Numbered from the stretch's first letter, positions 29,784 through 40,573 are shown. The stretch is DNA of 64,000 nt from an uncultured delta proteobacterium (GCA_963817385.1 CAWFOM010000016.1:32001-96000), one strand, 5' to 3'. The notes: generated by a model not told the origin, from the sequence alone. Numbers and translations: made by a program.

Positions 29784-32465
29784 ATGGGTGATCTGCAGAA
29801 ACTCTTCAATCCGGCGACGATAGCCGTCATCGGCGCTACGGAGAAGGAGGGGACTTTCGGACGGGCCCTCCTGGAAAACGCCCTGAACTCAGGCGGTCGA
29901 ACGGTCTATCCCGTCAATCCGAACCGGGATACGGTCCTGGGGCACCCCTGCTGGTCCGATATCGCTACGGTACCCGGACCGATCGATCTGGCCCTCATCG
30001 CTACCCCCGCCGCAACCGTGCCGGGGATCGTCGACGCCTGCGGCAAAGCCGGTGTGGAAGGTCTCATCATCATCTCCGCCGGTTTTCGGGAGACGGGTCA
30101 GGAGGGGAAGCACCTGGAGGAGGAGATCATCCGGATCAACAAGGCCTACGGCATGCGGATCATCGGCCCCAACTGCCTGGGGATCATGCGACCTTCCGTG
30201 GAGCTCAACGCCACCTTCCTCCGGGATAATCCGGAAGAAGGTAACATCGCCTTCATCTCCGATATGGGGAACTTCGGCCGGACCCTGCTCGACTGGGGGT
30301 TCAGCGCCCACATCGGCTTCAGCACGGTCGTCTCCCTGGGTTCGGCCATCGACGTCGATTTCGGAGACGTCATCGATTTCCTCGCCGAGGACCCCCATAC
30401 GAAGAGCATCATTCTCTATATGGAGGAGGTCGTCGGCAATGTGAAGCTCTTCGTCAGCGCCGTCCGCGGCTTCGCCCGCAACAAGCCCGTCATCCTCCTC
30501 AAACCCCCGGAAATGGAGGATGGCGACCGCACCGGCCTCACCCACTCGGGCATGATGGCCGGGCCGGAAAAAGTCTACGATGCGGTATTTCGCCGCCTGG
30601 GCGTCGTCCGGGTCGGCGAGGCGCAGGATCTCTTCAACGCCGCCAGCGCCCTGTACGCCAAGAACCGCCCCCGGGGACCGCGGCTGGCCATCATGACAAA
30701 CGCCAACGGCATCGGAATCATGGCCGCAAAACAACTGCTGCGCTGCAAGGGCACGCTGGCGAACCTCTCCGACCAGACCATCCAGGCGATGGATGCCTTC
30801 CTCCCTCCCCATTGGAACCGCGGAAACCCCGTCCACCTCCTCCGCAATGCCGATACCGACCGGTACGCGCAGACGGCGGAGATCTGCCTGAAGGATCCCG
30901 GGGTGGACGGGCTTCTGGTCATATACACCCCCCAGGACTTCGCCCGCTCCGAAGAGCTGGCGGCGGCCCTCATCGCGGCGGCGGCAAAGACGGACAAACC
31001 CCTGTTGACGGCCTGGATGGGGGGACGGGAGGTCCAGAAGGGGCGCGAGATGATGGTGGAGAAGGGAATTCCCGCCTATGAAACGGCGGAGGCCGCCGTC
31101 CGCACCTACATCTATATGATCCAATACGAACGGAACCTCCAACTCCTCCATGAGACGCCGGCGGAACTCCCCCTGGATGAAGCGCCGCCGAAGAACCACC
31201 TCAAGACCCTCGTCCGGCGCTCCTGTCGGGACGCCTGCTTCATCCTCACGGAGGAGGACTCCTGGAAGTTCCTCCGGAACTACGGCATCCCCGTCATCCC
31301 TTCCCGGACCGCCTTCACGCTGGAGGAGGCCCTCAACTACGCCGGCAATACCGGCTATCCCGTGGTCCTCAAGGCATCCTCCCCCGATATCATCTTCCGC
31401 CAGGACGTGGGAGGCGTCATCACGGGGATCGATTCCGACGAGACCCTGAAGGTCGCCTACCAGCGAATTCTCGACGGAGTCCGCCAGTTCGCGCCGCAGG
31501 CAACGGTCCGGGGCGTGACCGTTCAGAAAATGATCGGACACATCGACTACGAGCTTATCCTGGGGCTGAAAAAGGACCGCCACTTTGGCGCCGCCATCCT
31601 GTTCGGCATGGGGGGACTCGGGGTGGAGCTGTTCAGGGATTTTTCCGTCGGCCTGCCGCCCCTGAATCAGGCCTTGGCGCGGCAGCTCATGGAGGAGACG
31701 GGCGTCTACCGGATGCTCCAGGGCTATCGGGGGAAACCCCCCGCCGACATGCGCCAGCTCGAGAAGATCCTGGTGGGTTTTTCCAACATGATCATCGATT
31801 TCCCCGAGATCCGGGAGATGGACATCAACCCCATCGCCGTCAGCCAGGGAAAGGCCATCGCCCTGGACGCCCGGATCATCCTCGCGCAGGAGTGCTCCAT
31901 CGGAAAGATCTCCGCCTACCCGCACCTGGTCATCACCCCCTATCCCACCCGCTATGTGACGCCCTGGCGCCTGTCCGACGGAACCGAGGTCATCCTCCGG
32001 CCCATCCGCCCCGAAGACGAGCCTCTGGAGCATGAGATGCTCACCACCGTCTCGGAGGCGACCCTCCGCTCCCGGTTCTACCAGAACCTCAAGAACATCA
32101 GCCACGCCATGCACGTGCGCTCCTGTCACATCGATTATGACCGGGATATGGCTATAGTAGCCGAGATACGGCAGGACCAGAAAAAACGCCTCATCGGCAT
32201 CGGAAGCCTCTCCATCGACGCCAACGGCGGCGGCGCCTCGGGGGAATTTGCCGTCATCGTTCACGACGACTTTGGGGGGCGGGGCCTGGCTTCCAAGATC
32301 CTCGACATCCTCGTGGGAATCGCCATGGAACGGGGTCTGAAGGAATTCTACGGATTTCTGGAACCGACGAACGGCCGGATGACCGCGCTCTGCGAAAAGA
32401 TGGGCATGACCCGGCAGCGTATCTCCGATGATCTCGTGCGGGTCAGTCTCGCCCTGGTCGAGTAG
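29784..32465 (+). CDS. Pat-type bifunctional acyl-CoA ligase-like / GNAT protein acetyltransferase
   Basis: IAVIGAT, IISAGFRE, RIIGPNCLG, ATP-grasp region GYPVVLK, EMDINP, C-terminal GNAT (LRPIRPED, EFAVIV). Confidence 0.9.
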   Translation: MGDLQKLFNPATIAVIGATEKEGTFGRALLENALNSGGRTVYPVNPNRDTVLGHPCWSDIATVPGPIDLALIATPAATVPGIVDACGKAGVEGLIIISAGFRETGQEGKHLEEEIIRINKAYGMRIIGPNCLGIMRPSVELNATFLRDNPEEGNIAFISDMGNFGRTLLDWGFSAHIGFSTVVSLGSAIDVDFGDVIDFLAEDPHTKSIILYMEEVVGNVKLFVSAVRGFARNKPVILLKPPEMEDGDRTGLTHSGMMAGPEKVYDAVFRRLGVVRVGEAQDLFNAASALYAKNRPRGPRLAIMTNANGIGIMAAKQLLRCKGTLANLSDQTIQAMDAFLPPHWNRGNPVHLLRNADTDRYAQTAEICLKDPGVDGLLVIYTPQDFARSEELAAALIAAAAKTDKPLLTAWMGGREVQKGREMMVEKGIPAYETAEAAVRTYIYMIQYERNLQLLHETPAELPLDEAPPKNHLKTLVRRSCRDACFILTEEDSWKFLRNYGIPVIPSRTAFTLEEALNYAGNTGYPVVLKASSPDIIFRQDVGGVITGIDSDETLKVAYQRILDGVRQFAPQATVRGVTVQKMIGHIDYELILGLKKDRHFGAAILFGMGGLGVELFRDFSVGLPPLNQALARQLMEETGVYRMLQGYRGKPPADMRQLEKILVGFSNMIIDFPEIREMDINPIAVSQGKAIALDARIILAQECSIGKISAYPHLVITPYPTRYVTPWRLSDGTEVILRPIRPEDEPLEHEMLTTVSEATLRSRFYQNLKNISHAMHVRSCHIDYDRDMAIVAEIRQDQKKRLIGIGSLSIDANGGGASGEFAVIVHDDFGGRGLASKILDILVGIAMERGLKEFYGFLEPTNGRMTALCEKMGMTRQRISDDLVRVSLALVE

Positions 32466-32505
32466 ACCTGGCCAACCGGTGCGTCCGCGCCCGGATTTGC
32501 CACGC

Positions 32506-32541
32506 AAAAAGGGCGTCCGGCTGCAGCCGGACGCCCTTTTT
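32506..32541. terminator. Bidirectional intrinsic terminator
   Basis: AAAAAGGGCGTCCGGCTGCAGCCGGACGCCCTTTTT perfect inverted repeat between convergent genes. Confidence 0.85.
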
Positions 32542-32545
32542 GCTC

Positions 32546-32639
32546 TGGCGGAGAGAGGGGGATTCGAACCCCCGTGAGGGCTTTTGGCCCCCAAATCGAT
32601 TTCGAGTCGATCCCGTTACGACCACTTCGGTATCTCTCC
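32546..32639 (-). tRNA. tRNA-Ser(CGA)
   Basis: GGAGAGA/TCTCTCC acceptor stem, ATCGA-CT-CGA-AA-TCGAT anticodon arm, long variable arm, GGTTCGAATCC, encoded CCA. Confidence 0.95.
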
Positions 32640-32698
32640 GGGTATCTCTTTTCTTCCATTGTCTCTCCCCCTCTTGCGGGGTAGGATCGAGGGGAGAG

Positions 32699-33202
32699 TC
32701 ACGGGCGCGATAGTAGCCTCTTTTCGCGAAAAAAGCCACTCAATATTTCCGCACAGGCCTCATGGAGCACCCCCTCGGTGACCTCTACGGCGTGGTTCAG
32801 CCGAGAGTCTTCGAAGAGGCGATAGAGGCTGACCGCGGCGCCGTTCTTGGGATCCCGAGCGCCGAACACGATCCGTCCGATCCGGGCCTGGAGGATCGCC
32901 CCCACACACATGAGGCAGGGTTCAAGCGTCGCGTAGAGCGTCGTCCCGGTGAGGCGGTAATTTCCCGCGGCAGACGCCGCCTTGCGAATGGCGAGGAGCT
33001 CCGCGTGCGCCGATGGATCGTTAAGGGCGATGGGGTTATTGTGCGCCTTCGCGAGGAACTCCTCCCCCCGGACGATTACCGCCCCGACCGGCACCTCCCC
33101 CGCCGACATGGCCAGGGCAGCCTCCTCCAGGGCCAGGCGCATCCATTTCTCATCAGACTCCATCGGTTCTTCCCTTCCCGTTATCCGTCCATCATTTTCC
33201 AT
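32699..33202 (-). CDS. tadA: tRNA adenosine(34) deaminase
   Basis: GEVPVGAV, HAE, TLEPCLMC; the true start may be at MESDEKW. Confidence 0.92.
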   Translation of the reverse strand: MENDGRITGREEPMESDEKWMRLALEEAALAMSAGEVPVGAVIVRGEEFLAKAHNNPIALNDPSAHAELLAIRKAASAAGNYRLTGTTLYATLEPCLMCVGAILQARIGRIVFGARDPKNGAAVSLYRLFEDSRLNHAVEVTEGVLHEACAEILSGFFREKRLLSRP

Positions 33203-33263
33203 CTTTGACTTTTCCCGCGAATTCCGTCATTATCCACCGGAACGAGGGAGGCAATCCAATCCC

Positions 33264-33815
33264 ATGACGGCCAAGAAGTTTCTCATCCCCTTTGTGCTGG
33301 CGTCGCTCGCCGGCCATGCGCTCGTCCTTGCTCTGACGACACGCATCGATTGGGACGTGAGCCCGCAGGAAGAGCCGACGCAAAAAGTAATAACGGTCGA
33401 ACTCAAAGCGCCCCCGGAAAAGACGGCCCGGCGGTCTCCTCCCCGCCGCAGGGTGCCGTCCCAGGCGGCGCGCGCAAAGGATGGTGCCCGCGAAGGTTCG
33501 GTGGCCCTGCAGGGCGAGGCGAGCCCCTACAGCGCCTATCTTCTGATGATCCGCCGGAAGATCGAACGGCTCTGGAGCTACCCGCCGCAAGCCCTTGCTC
33601 AGCAAGAGGAGGGAAACGCCGTGATCCGCTTCACGATCGATGCGGACGGCATCCTGTCGGGATACCACGTCATAACCACCTCCGGCTCTCAAATCCTGGA
33701 CGAAGGGGCCCTCGCCGTTGTGCGGGCCGCAGCCCCCTATGCTCCCCTTCCCGAGGCGTTCAACCTCTCCCGACTCCATATCACCGCAACGTTCAGCTAC
33801 CGGATGGGGGAATAG
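33264..33815 (+). CDS. TonB C-terminal domain protein
   Basis: N-terminal TM with SxxxH, YPPQA..EEG, SGSQILDEGA. Confidence 0.8.
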   Translation: MTAKKFLIPFVLASLAGHALVLALTTRIDWDVSPQEEPTQKVITVELKAPPEKTARRSPPRRRVPSQAARAKDGAREGSVALQGEASPYSAYLLMIRRKIERLWSYPPQALAQQEEGNAVIRFTIDADGILSGYHVITTSGSQILDEGALAVVRAAAPYAPLPEAFNLSRLHITATFSYRMGE

Positions 33816-33819
33816 AGGG

Positions 33820-35427
33820 TCAGATCTCCGAGACGATCCCGGCGATGTTCCGGTTCACCTCGAGGAGACGGTCTCTCAGCTCCGTCTGCTCTACCCAGGC
33901 CTTCGCCTCCATCCGGTCCCGGCGCTCCTTGAGTTGGGCGAGCCGTGTCTCCATGTCGGTGATGAGGAAGCCCCAGTCGATCCGCGGTGCCGCCTTATCG
34001 GGATATTCGACGCGCGCGAGCTCGCGACCCGCTTCCATCGTCACCTCTTCCAGATAGTCCGGGATAGAGACCGAAAGGCCGAAACGGCTCCGGATGAGGC
34101 CGGCGAGCTCCTGCTGGGCGCCGTACTCACCGTGGATGAGGAAGACCTGGAGCCCCTTTGTCTTGAAATGGCCGAGCCAGTCAAGGATCTGGCTCTGCCC
34201 CGCATGAGCGGAGAAACCGTTGATCGTGAAGATCTTCGCGTTCACGGCGATCTCCTCGTTGAAGATACGGACCTTCTTTGCCCCGTCGACAATCTTCCTG
34301 CCCGTTGTCCCTTGCGCCTGAAAACCGACGAAGACAACGCTCGCCCCTTCGCGCCAAAGGTTGTGGCGGAGGTGGTGCTTGATCCGCCCGGCGTCGGCCA
34401 TGCCGCTTGCAGAGATGACGACTGCGGGGCCGCGGAGATTGTTTATCTCCATAGATTCCTGCGTAGTGAGGGTGTAGCGGAGCTGGGGGAGCGCGAGGGG
34501 GTCCTCGCCGCCGGCGAGGAGACGCTTGGTCTCCGGGTCGAAATAATCCCGGTATTTCCGGAAGATCTCCGTTGCCTGGATGGCAAGCGGGCTGTCCACG
34601 AATACGGGCATGTCCGCGGGCAGACGACCGTCTTTGGCAAGCAGGTGAAGGGTGTAGATCATCTCCTGGGTCCGCTCCACGGCGAAGGCGGGAATGATCA
34701 CCTTCTCGCCCCGGGTGTAACTGTAAGCCACCGCCTCGGCAAGTTCGTTGAGGCTTTCATGTTCGTCCTTGTGGTTCCGGTTCCCATAGGTCGACTCCAA
34801 GAAGAGGACGTCGGCCTCGCCGATCACCGTCGGATCCTGCATCATGAGCTGCTCCGGCCGGCCGAGGTCGCCCGAGAAGACAATCCGGCTCGTCTTGCCG
34901 TCTTCCGTCACCGCAAGCTCCACCATCGCCGCACCGAGGATATGGCCCGCGTCCCGGAAGGTCACGCCGAGCCCCGGAAACGGCGAGAAGGTCTCATTGT
35001 AGGTTACGGTCGAAAAGAGAGGAAAGGCGGCCTCCGCATCCTTTTGCGTATAGAGGGGGGTAATGTCATTGACTCCGTACCGGTTCCTTTTACGGCTTTT
35101 CCACTTCGCCTCCATCTCCTGAATGTGGGCGCTGTCCAAAAGCATGATGCGGAGAAGATCCTGTGTCGGCGGGGTCATATAAACCTTGCCGTGGAACCCT
35201 TGCTGAACGAGACGGGGGAGGAGCCCGGAGTGGTCCATGTGGGCATGGGTCATCACCATGAATTCAATCCCGGCGGGATCGTAGATCTCCATGTCCCAGT
35301 TGCGCTTGTCGATCTCCGCGTTTCCCTGATGCATCCCGCAGTCGATCGAAAACCGATGCCCTCCGGCCTCCAGGATGTAACAGGAGCCGGTCACCGTTCT
35401 GGCCGCACCCATAAATCTGATTTTCAT
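33820..35427 (-). CDS. MBL-fold beta-CASP ribonuclease
   Basis: DCGMHQG, THAHMDHSG, AGHILG, SGDLG, ESTYG, FSAHAG. Confidence 0.92.
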   Translation of the reverse strand: MKIRFMGAARTVTGSCYILEAGGHRFSIDCGMHQGNAEIDKRNWDMEIYDPAGIEFMVMTHAHMDHSGLLPRLVQQGFHGKVYMTPPTQDLLRIMLLDSAHIQEMEAKWKSRKRNRYGVNDITPLYTQKDAEAAFPLFSTVTYNETFSPFPGLGVTFRDAGHILGAAMVELAVTEDGKTSRIVFSGDLGRPEQLMMQDPTVIGEADVLFLESTYGNRNHKDEHESLNELAEAVAYSYTRGEKVIIPAFAVERTQEMIYTLHLLAKDGRLPADMPVFVDSPLAIQATEIFRKYRDYFDPETKRLLAGGEDPLALPQLRYTLTTQESMEINNLRGPAVVISASGMADAGRIKHHLRHNLWREGASVVFVGFQAQGTTGRKIVDGAKKVRIFNEEIAVNAKIFTINGFSAHAGQSQILDWLGHFKTKGLQVFLIHGEYGAQQELAGLIRSRFGLSVSIPDYLEEVTMEAGRELARVEYPDKAAPRIDWGFLITDMETRLAQLKERRDRMEAKAWVEQTELRDRLLEVNRNIAGIVSEI

Positions 35428-35589
35428 AGTCACCTCATGAGGGAATATCCGCACCCGTTCATATCGCAACGATCCGGGAATTGCAACGGCCATTCACCGC
35501 CTGCGCCCGGCGAAGCCACTTCGGTCTTGACAGGCTCTCCCCTTCCGGGTAGATTCTTTGGCACTTGATCCCGGGAAGAGGAAACAGTC

Positions 35590-37032
35590 ATGCATCCCGA
35601 AATACGCCGCACCCTTCAGGAAATAGACACGACGGGCTGGAAAGAGATCACCGTCGAATACGGACGGGAGATCCTCCCCGTCCGCGTCCCTGCGGACTGC
35701 GACATCCTGTCGATGAAGGAGATCCCGATCCTCGACGATCCGCGGGCAGCCTTCGAGGACGCCCTCTCGCATCCCATCGGGTGCCCGCCGCTCGAAGAGA
35801 TCATCCGGTCCAAGGGGAAACCGGCGGCGGCGCTCAAAGCCGCGGTAACCGTCTCCGACATCACGCGACCCGTACCGTACCGGGAGGAAAACGGGATGCT
35901 CCGACCGCTCCTGAACCGCCTGGAGACGGCGGGAATCCCCAAGAGCAACATCGCGATTATCGTCGGCAACGGCATGCACCGGCCGAGCACGCCTGCGGAG
36001 TGGGTCGAGATGTTCGGCGATCAGATCGTCCGGGACTACCCGGTGATCAATCACGACTGCGAGGACCTCGCATCGCTCACGTTTGTCGGTAAAAGCACGA
36101 CCGGCGGCGATGTCTTCGTCAACAGCGCCTTCTCCCGGGCCGATCTGAAGATCGCCACGGGGCTGGTCGAGAGCCACTTCATGGCAGGGCTCTCCGGCGG
36201 GCGGAAGGCGGTCTGCCCGGGTCTCGTCGATAAGCGGACCATCGAGAAGTTCCACAGTCCCGCCTTTCTCGAATCCCCGCTGGCTCAGAACCTGATTCTC
36301 GAGGGGAACCCCTGCCACGAAGAGTCCCTGGCGATCGCGCGGACTGTGGGGGTGGATTTCATCGTGAACGCGACCCTCGACAAGGACCTCCGCCCGACCG
36401 GCGTCTTCGCCGGGGAGCTCGCGGCGGCTCACGAGGCGGCGGCCGCGCTCGTTAGGGACTACGTCTCCGTCCCGGTCGAGCGGGAGTATGACATCGTCCT
36501 CACCCACGGCGGCTACGTCGGTCGGAACCACTACCAGGCGGTGAAGGCCGCCCACAACGCGCTTCCGGCGATCCGAAAAGGGGGGACCCTGATCATCGCC
36601 ACGGACAACCGCGACGAGGACCCGATCGGCGGACCGGAATACCGGAGCCTCCTGCACATGCTCAAGATCCAGGGACCGGAACATTACCTCCGGCTGATCG
36701 AGACTCCCGAGTGGTGCTTCACCAAGGACCAGTGGGAGCCGGAGATGTGGGCAAAGGTCTTCCGGAAGATCGACCCGAAGGATTTCGTCTACTGCACGCA
36801 CACCATTCCCCGGCAGGACTACTGCCTGATCCCGGGCCGCTGCGGTCTCGATTTTCTGCACGCGGAAACGGAGCGCCCCCCTGCCCGAACGGTCGGGGAG
36901 ATGGTCGGAAACGCCCTTCGTTTCGCGGTCGCCGAATTCCGCAGCAAAGGGATCGAACCCACGGTCGCCTTCATTCGGGAAGGGCCTTATGCGATCCCCT
37001 ATCTCCGGGGAACGGAGGCGACGGCCCGGTGA
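35590..37032 (+). CDS. larA: Nickel-pincer lactate racemase family protein (LarA-like)
   Basis: VSDITRP, GMHRP, HFMAGLSGGRKAVCPG, YQAVKA. Confidence 0.85.
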   Translation: MHPEIRRTLQEIDTTGWKEITVEYGREILPVRVPADCDILSMKEIPILDDPRAAFEDALSHPIGCPPLEEIIRSKGKPAAALKAAVTVSDITRPVPYREENGMLRPLLNRLETAGIPKSNIAIIVGNGMHRPSTPAEWVEMFGDQIVRDYPVINHDCEDLASLTFVGKSTTGGDVFVNSAFSRADLKIATGLVESHFMAGLSGGRKAVCPGLVDKRTIEKFHSPAFLESPLAQNLILEGNPCHEESLAIARTVGVDFIVNATLDKDLRPTGVFAGELAAAHEAAAALVRDYVSVPVEREYDIVLTHGGYVGRNHYQAVKAAHNALPAIRKGGTLIIATDNRDEDPIGGPEYRSLLHMLKIQGPEHYLRLIETPEWCFTKDQWEPEMWAKVFRKIDPKDFVYCTHTIPRQDYCLIPGRCGLDFLHAETERPPARTVGEMVGNALRFAVAEFRSKGIEPTVAFIREGPYAIPYLRGTEATAR

Positions 37033-38771
37033 AGACGGTCATCGAAGCAGAGCATCTCCGGAAAACATTCGGAGAGATTGTCGCCGTCGATGATCTCTCT
37101 TTTTCGGTCGCCGCCGGCGAGTGCTTCGGAATCCTCGGCCCCAACGGGGCGGGAAAGACCTCCACAATCCGGATGGTCTACGGATTCTCGCCCCCCACGG
37201 CGGGGACGCTCAGGATTTTCGGTCTCGACATCACCCGCGAAACCCGGGCCGTGAAGGCCCGGATCGGCATCTGCCAGCAGGAGAACAATCTCGATCCGGA
37301 CCTGACGGTGTTCGACAACCTCGTCGTCTTCGCCCGCTACTTCGATATCCCGGCGGCCGAGGCGGTGCTCCGCGCCCGCGATCTTCTGAAATTCATGGCC
37401 CTGGAGCACCGCGGGGACGCCCGGACGGTCGAGCTCTCCGGGGGGATGGTCCGGCGGCTCGTCATGGCCCGCGCCCTCCTCAACAGGCCGGAACTCCTCA
37501 TCCTCGACGAACCGACGACCGGTCTCGATCCCCAGTCACGGCATCAGGTGTGGGATCGCCTCGATGAACTCCGTGCGGACGGGCTTTCCATCCTCATCAC
37601 GACGCACTACATGGAGGAGGCGTCCCGCCTCTGCGATCGGCTCATCATCCTGGACGGAGGGCGGCTTCTCGTCGAAGGGAAACCCGCCGAGCTGATCCGC
37701 CGCCATGTCGGCCGCCATGTGATCGAGGTGGCGGAACCCGCCGACGGCCTCACCGACTTTCTCCGGGAAAGAGGGGTGCAATACGAGAACTTCAGCCATC
37801 GCCTGATCGCCTCCGTGGAGGACGGAAGCGACATCTACCGTGAGATCAGCAATCGCTACTGCGCCGGAGGGTGCACCATGCGGATGGCGACCTTGGAGGA
37901 TGTGTTCGCCTCGCGGCTCCGCCTGCACTCGGCGTCCACAGAGGAGCGCCTTGCCTCGGGCTTTTTCGAGAATGGGTTCAGATTTAGCGGACTCTATCCG
38001 CCGATATCCCGCCGGTTCATCCGCGTCTGGCAGCGGAACCTCACCGCCTACCGGCAGAGCTGGAAGATCAGCTTCATCCCGCCGCTCCTGGAGCCCCTCT
38101 TCTACATCCTGGCCTTCGGCCTCGGCCTGAGTGGAATGGTGGGGGACATCCGGTATCAGGGGCAGGAGATCTCCTACGTCGCGTTCATCGCCCCGGCGCT
38201 CATCGCGATCACCATCATGAACAACGCCTTCTTTGAAAATACCTACAATTCCTTCGTCCGGATGTACTACTACAAGACCTTTGATGCGATGATGGCGACG
38301 CCGCTCACCGTCGAGGAGATTATCACGGGCGAGATCCTCTGGGGGGCGACGAAGGCCCTGATCGCAACGGCAATCATGATGGCGGTGATCAGCTGCTTCG
38401 GCCTCATCCGCTACCCGGAGGGCCTGCTCCTGCTCCCGCTGGCCTTCCTCGGGGGCCTCGCCTTCGGCGCCGCGGGGATGGTCTGCACGGCACTCGTGCC
38501 CACCATCGAACTGTTCAACCTGCCGGTCTTCCTCTTTATCACCCCGATGTTCCTCTTCGGCGGTACCTTCTTTCCCCTCGGGAACCTTCCCCTCTGGGCA
38601 CAACGAACGGCAGCGGTCATGCCGCTTACCCATCTCGTCGATCTCTCCCGAGCGTTCAGCTGCGGCCGCATCGACACTTCGCTCATTCCGCAAGCGGCCT
38701 ACCTGGCAGCCTTCGCCGCGGCTGCCTTTCCGCTGGCGATCCGGAGGATGCGCCGGCGCCTGATCAAATGA
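37029..38771 (+). CDS. ABC exporter ATPase (NodI/DrrA-like) in frame with an ABC-2 permease (NodJ-like)
   Basis: GPNGAGKT, LSGG, LDEPTTGLDP, ATLEDVF, then a permease (LEPLFY, TPMFLFGGTFFP) with no intervening stop. Confidence 0.8.
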   Translation: MKTVIEAEHLRKTFGEIVAVDDLSFSVAAGECFGILGPNGAGKTSTIRMVYGFSPPTAGTLRIFGLDITRETRAVKARIGICQQENNLDPDLTVFDNLVVFARYFDIPAAEAVLRARDLLKFMALEHRGDARTVELSGGMVRRLVMARALLNRPELLILDEPTTGLDPQSRHQVWDRLDELRADGLSILITTHYMEEASRLCDRLIILDGGRLLVEGKPAELIRRHVGRHVIEVAEPADGLTDFLRERGVQYENFSHRLIASVEDGSDIYREISNRYCAGGCTMRMATLEDVFASRLRLHSASTEERLASGFFENGFRFSGLYPPISRRFIRVWQRNLTAYRQSWKISFIPPLLEPLFYILAFGLGLSGMVGDIRYQGQEISYVAFIAPALIAITIMNNAFFENTYNSFVRMYYYKTFDAMMATPLTVEEIITGEILWGATKALIATAIMMAVISCFGLIRYPEGLLLLPLAFLGGLAFGAAGMVCTALVPTIELFNLPVFLFITPMFLFGGTFFPLGNLPLWAQRTAAVMPLTHLVDLSRAFSCGRIDTSLIPQAAYLAAFAAAAFPLAIRRMRRRLIK

Positions 38772-38831
38772 TTACTGCTTCGTGGAAAGAGCGGTCAAAA
38801 GCTGGCCGAACCGCATGTTGAAAAAGTCGCT

Positions 38832-38871
38832 AAAAAAACCGGCCGAACGGTAAAAGCGCGTTCGGCCGGTT
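38832..38871 (-). terminator. Intrinsic terminator
   Basis: AACCGGCCGAACG / CGTTCGGCCGGTT stem with a T-run on the minus strand. Confidence 0.75.
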
Positions 38872-38898
38872 CTCTTCGTGGCTATGGTGACGGGTAAA

Positions 38899-39090
38899 TT
38901 ACTTGGCCGGTGCTGCCGGGGCAGGAGCCGCCGGGGCTGGAGCTGGCGCGGGGGCCGGCGCAGGAGCCGGTGCGGCCGCCTTGGGCGCCTCCGCCGGTTT
39001 CTGCTCTTCGGCCTTCTTGCACCCTACAACTGCAAAGGATAATGCCGCGAAGAAACACAGGGAAAAAATAACAGCTAATACTTTCTTCAT
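38899..39090 (-). CDS. Small Ala/Pro-rich lipoprotein
   Basis: Lipobox VVGC, (AP)n tail, AGGAGG RBS. Confidence 0.8.
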   Translation of the reverse strand: MKKVLAVIFSLCFFAALSFAVVGCKKAEEQKPAEAPKAAAPAPAPAPAPAPAPAAPAPAAPAK

Positions 39091-39194
39091 GTGTGTACCT
39101 CCTCCTTTCAGAAATTAGGAACTGAGGGACAACCCCTCGTTTAGGCGTCTATAGTAGTTAATTTTTTCTCATTGTCAAGATCTATTCATCATCT

Positions 39195-40573
39195 TGTCGG
39201 AAGCAAGTAGACTGTCCGGGTTCGTAGCAGACAATCTGTCCGGTTTGTTATGGTCACCGATGGAGGTGACGGATGAGACGGACGGAGATGCTACAGGAGA
39301 TCCGGAAGATGCGATTTGAAGAGGTGTATTTTGGATGGAATGAGAGTCGGTTGACCCAGGAAGAGGCGGCGCGAATCTTGGGGGTTTGTGATCGGACGTT
39401 TCGTCGGTACAGAGATCGGTACGAAGAGCGAGGGTTAGCAGGATTATCGGACAAGCGATTGACGCAGGCATCACACCGTCGTGCACCTGTGGATGAGATG
39501 ATTGCTGTTGCAGAGCAATATGAAGGAAGGTATCGGGGTTGGAACGTGAAGCATTTTTATGGGAAGTATCGAGAGTTGGAAGGAAAACGGAGTTACACGT
39601 GGGTCAAGAACACTCTTCAGTCGAAGGGATTGGTTCCCAAAGCGGCCAAGCGAGGAGTTCATCGGAAACAGAGGGAGCGAGCCCCATTACCCGGCATGAT
39701 GGTGCATCAGGATGGGAGCAACCATGAATGGGTGCCGGGAAAGAAGTGGGATTTGATTGTAACGATGGATGATGCGACAAGCGAACATTACTCAGTGTTT
39801 TTTGTTGACGAAGAAGGAACGGCAAGCAGTTTTCAGGGGGTACGGGATGTCATCCTTCAACGAGGCCTGTTCAGTGCTCTCTATACCGACCGGGGGAGCC
39901 ATTACTGGTTCACGCCCAAGGAGGGCGGAAAGGTGAGTAAAACTCAGATCACCCAGTTCGGACGAGCCATGAGTCAATTGGGGATTGAGATGATCCCCGC
40001 CTATTCACCGGAGGCGCGAGGACGCAGTGAACGTAACTTTGGCACCCATCAGGGCCGGCTTCCCCAGGAACTGGCTTTTCATCACATTACCACCATGGCT
40101 GCCGCCAACCGTTACCTGACCCAGGTGTATACGCCGGCGTTCAATGCCGAATTTATGCACCCGCCCACCGAGGAAGGATCCGCATTTGTGCCCTGGGTTG
40201 GGACAAACCTCGATGACATCCTTTGTGAACACTACGAGCGGACGGTGACTCCCGATAACTGCGTCAGTTTCGAGGGAAGAACGCTGCAAATCCCTGCAGA
40301 CAAGTACCGATGCCATTATGTCAAGGTGAAAATCTCTGTCCATCGATATGGGGATGGATCGCTTGCGGTCTTTCACGGCCCGCGTAAACTGGCCGATTAT
40401 GACACCCAGGGGAAACTAAAGAAGTTCACCAAAGAAAAGGCAGCGTAGGTCCGCCGCTCGCCTCCTGATCAGGAACAAGCTTCGGGCTCCACCCTCTGCT
40501 CTCCTCTTCCTGATCAGCACAATGCGGACAATTCATTTGCTACAAAACCGGACAAATCTATTTGTTGCTAACA
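39195..40573 (+). mobile_element. IS1202-family (formerly ISNCY) insertion sequence, 1379 bp, with a 16-bp target duplication
   Basis: TGT...ACA ends, imperfect IRs with repeated TGTCCGG; GATCTATTCATCATCT at 39179-39194 and 40574-40589. Confidence 0.9.
39273..40448 (+). CDS. DDE transposase
   Basis: N-terminal HTH; HQDGS, MDDATS, YTDRGS, SPEARGRSER. Confidence 0.93.
   Translation: MRRTEMLQEIRKMRFEEVYFGWNESRLTQEEAARILGVCDRTFRRYRDRYEERGLAGLSDKRLTQASHRRAPVDEMIAVAEQYEGRYRGWNVKHFYGKYRELEGKRSYTWVKNTLQSKGLVPKAAKRGVHRKQRERAPLPGMMVHQDGSNHEWVPGKKWDLIVTMDDATSEHYSVFFVDEEGTASSFQGVRDVILQRGLFSALYTDRGSHYWFTPKEGGKVSKTQITQFGRAMSQLGIEMIPAYSPEARGRSERNFGTHQGRLPQELAFHHITTMAAANRYLTQVYTPAFNAEFMHPPTEEGSAFVPWVGTNLDDILCEHYERTVTPDNCVSFEGRTLQIPADKYRCHYVKVKISVHRYGDGSLAVFHGPRKLADYDTQGKLKKFTKEKAA

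Noticed and set aside
32546..32639. tRNA-Ser as an integration site, or as tRNA-Sec
   Set aside because: No integrase or duplicated 3' end seen in the window; the anticodon is CGA, not TCA
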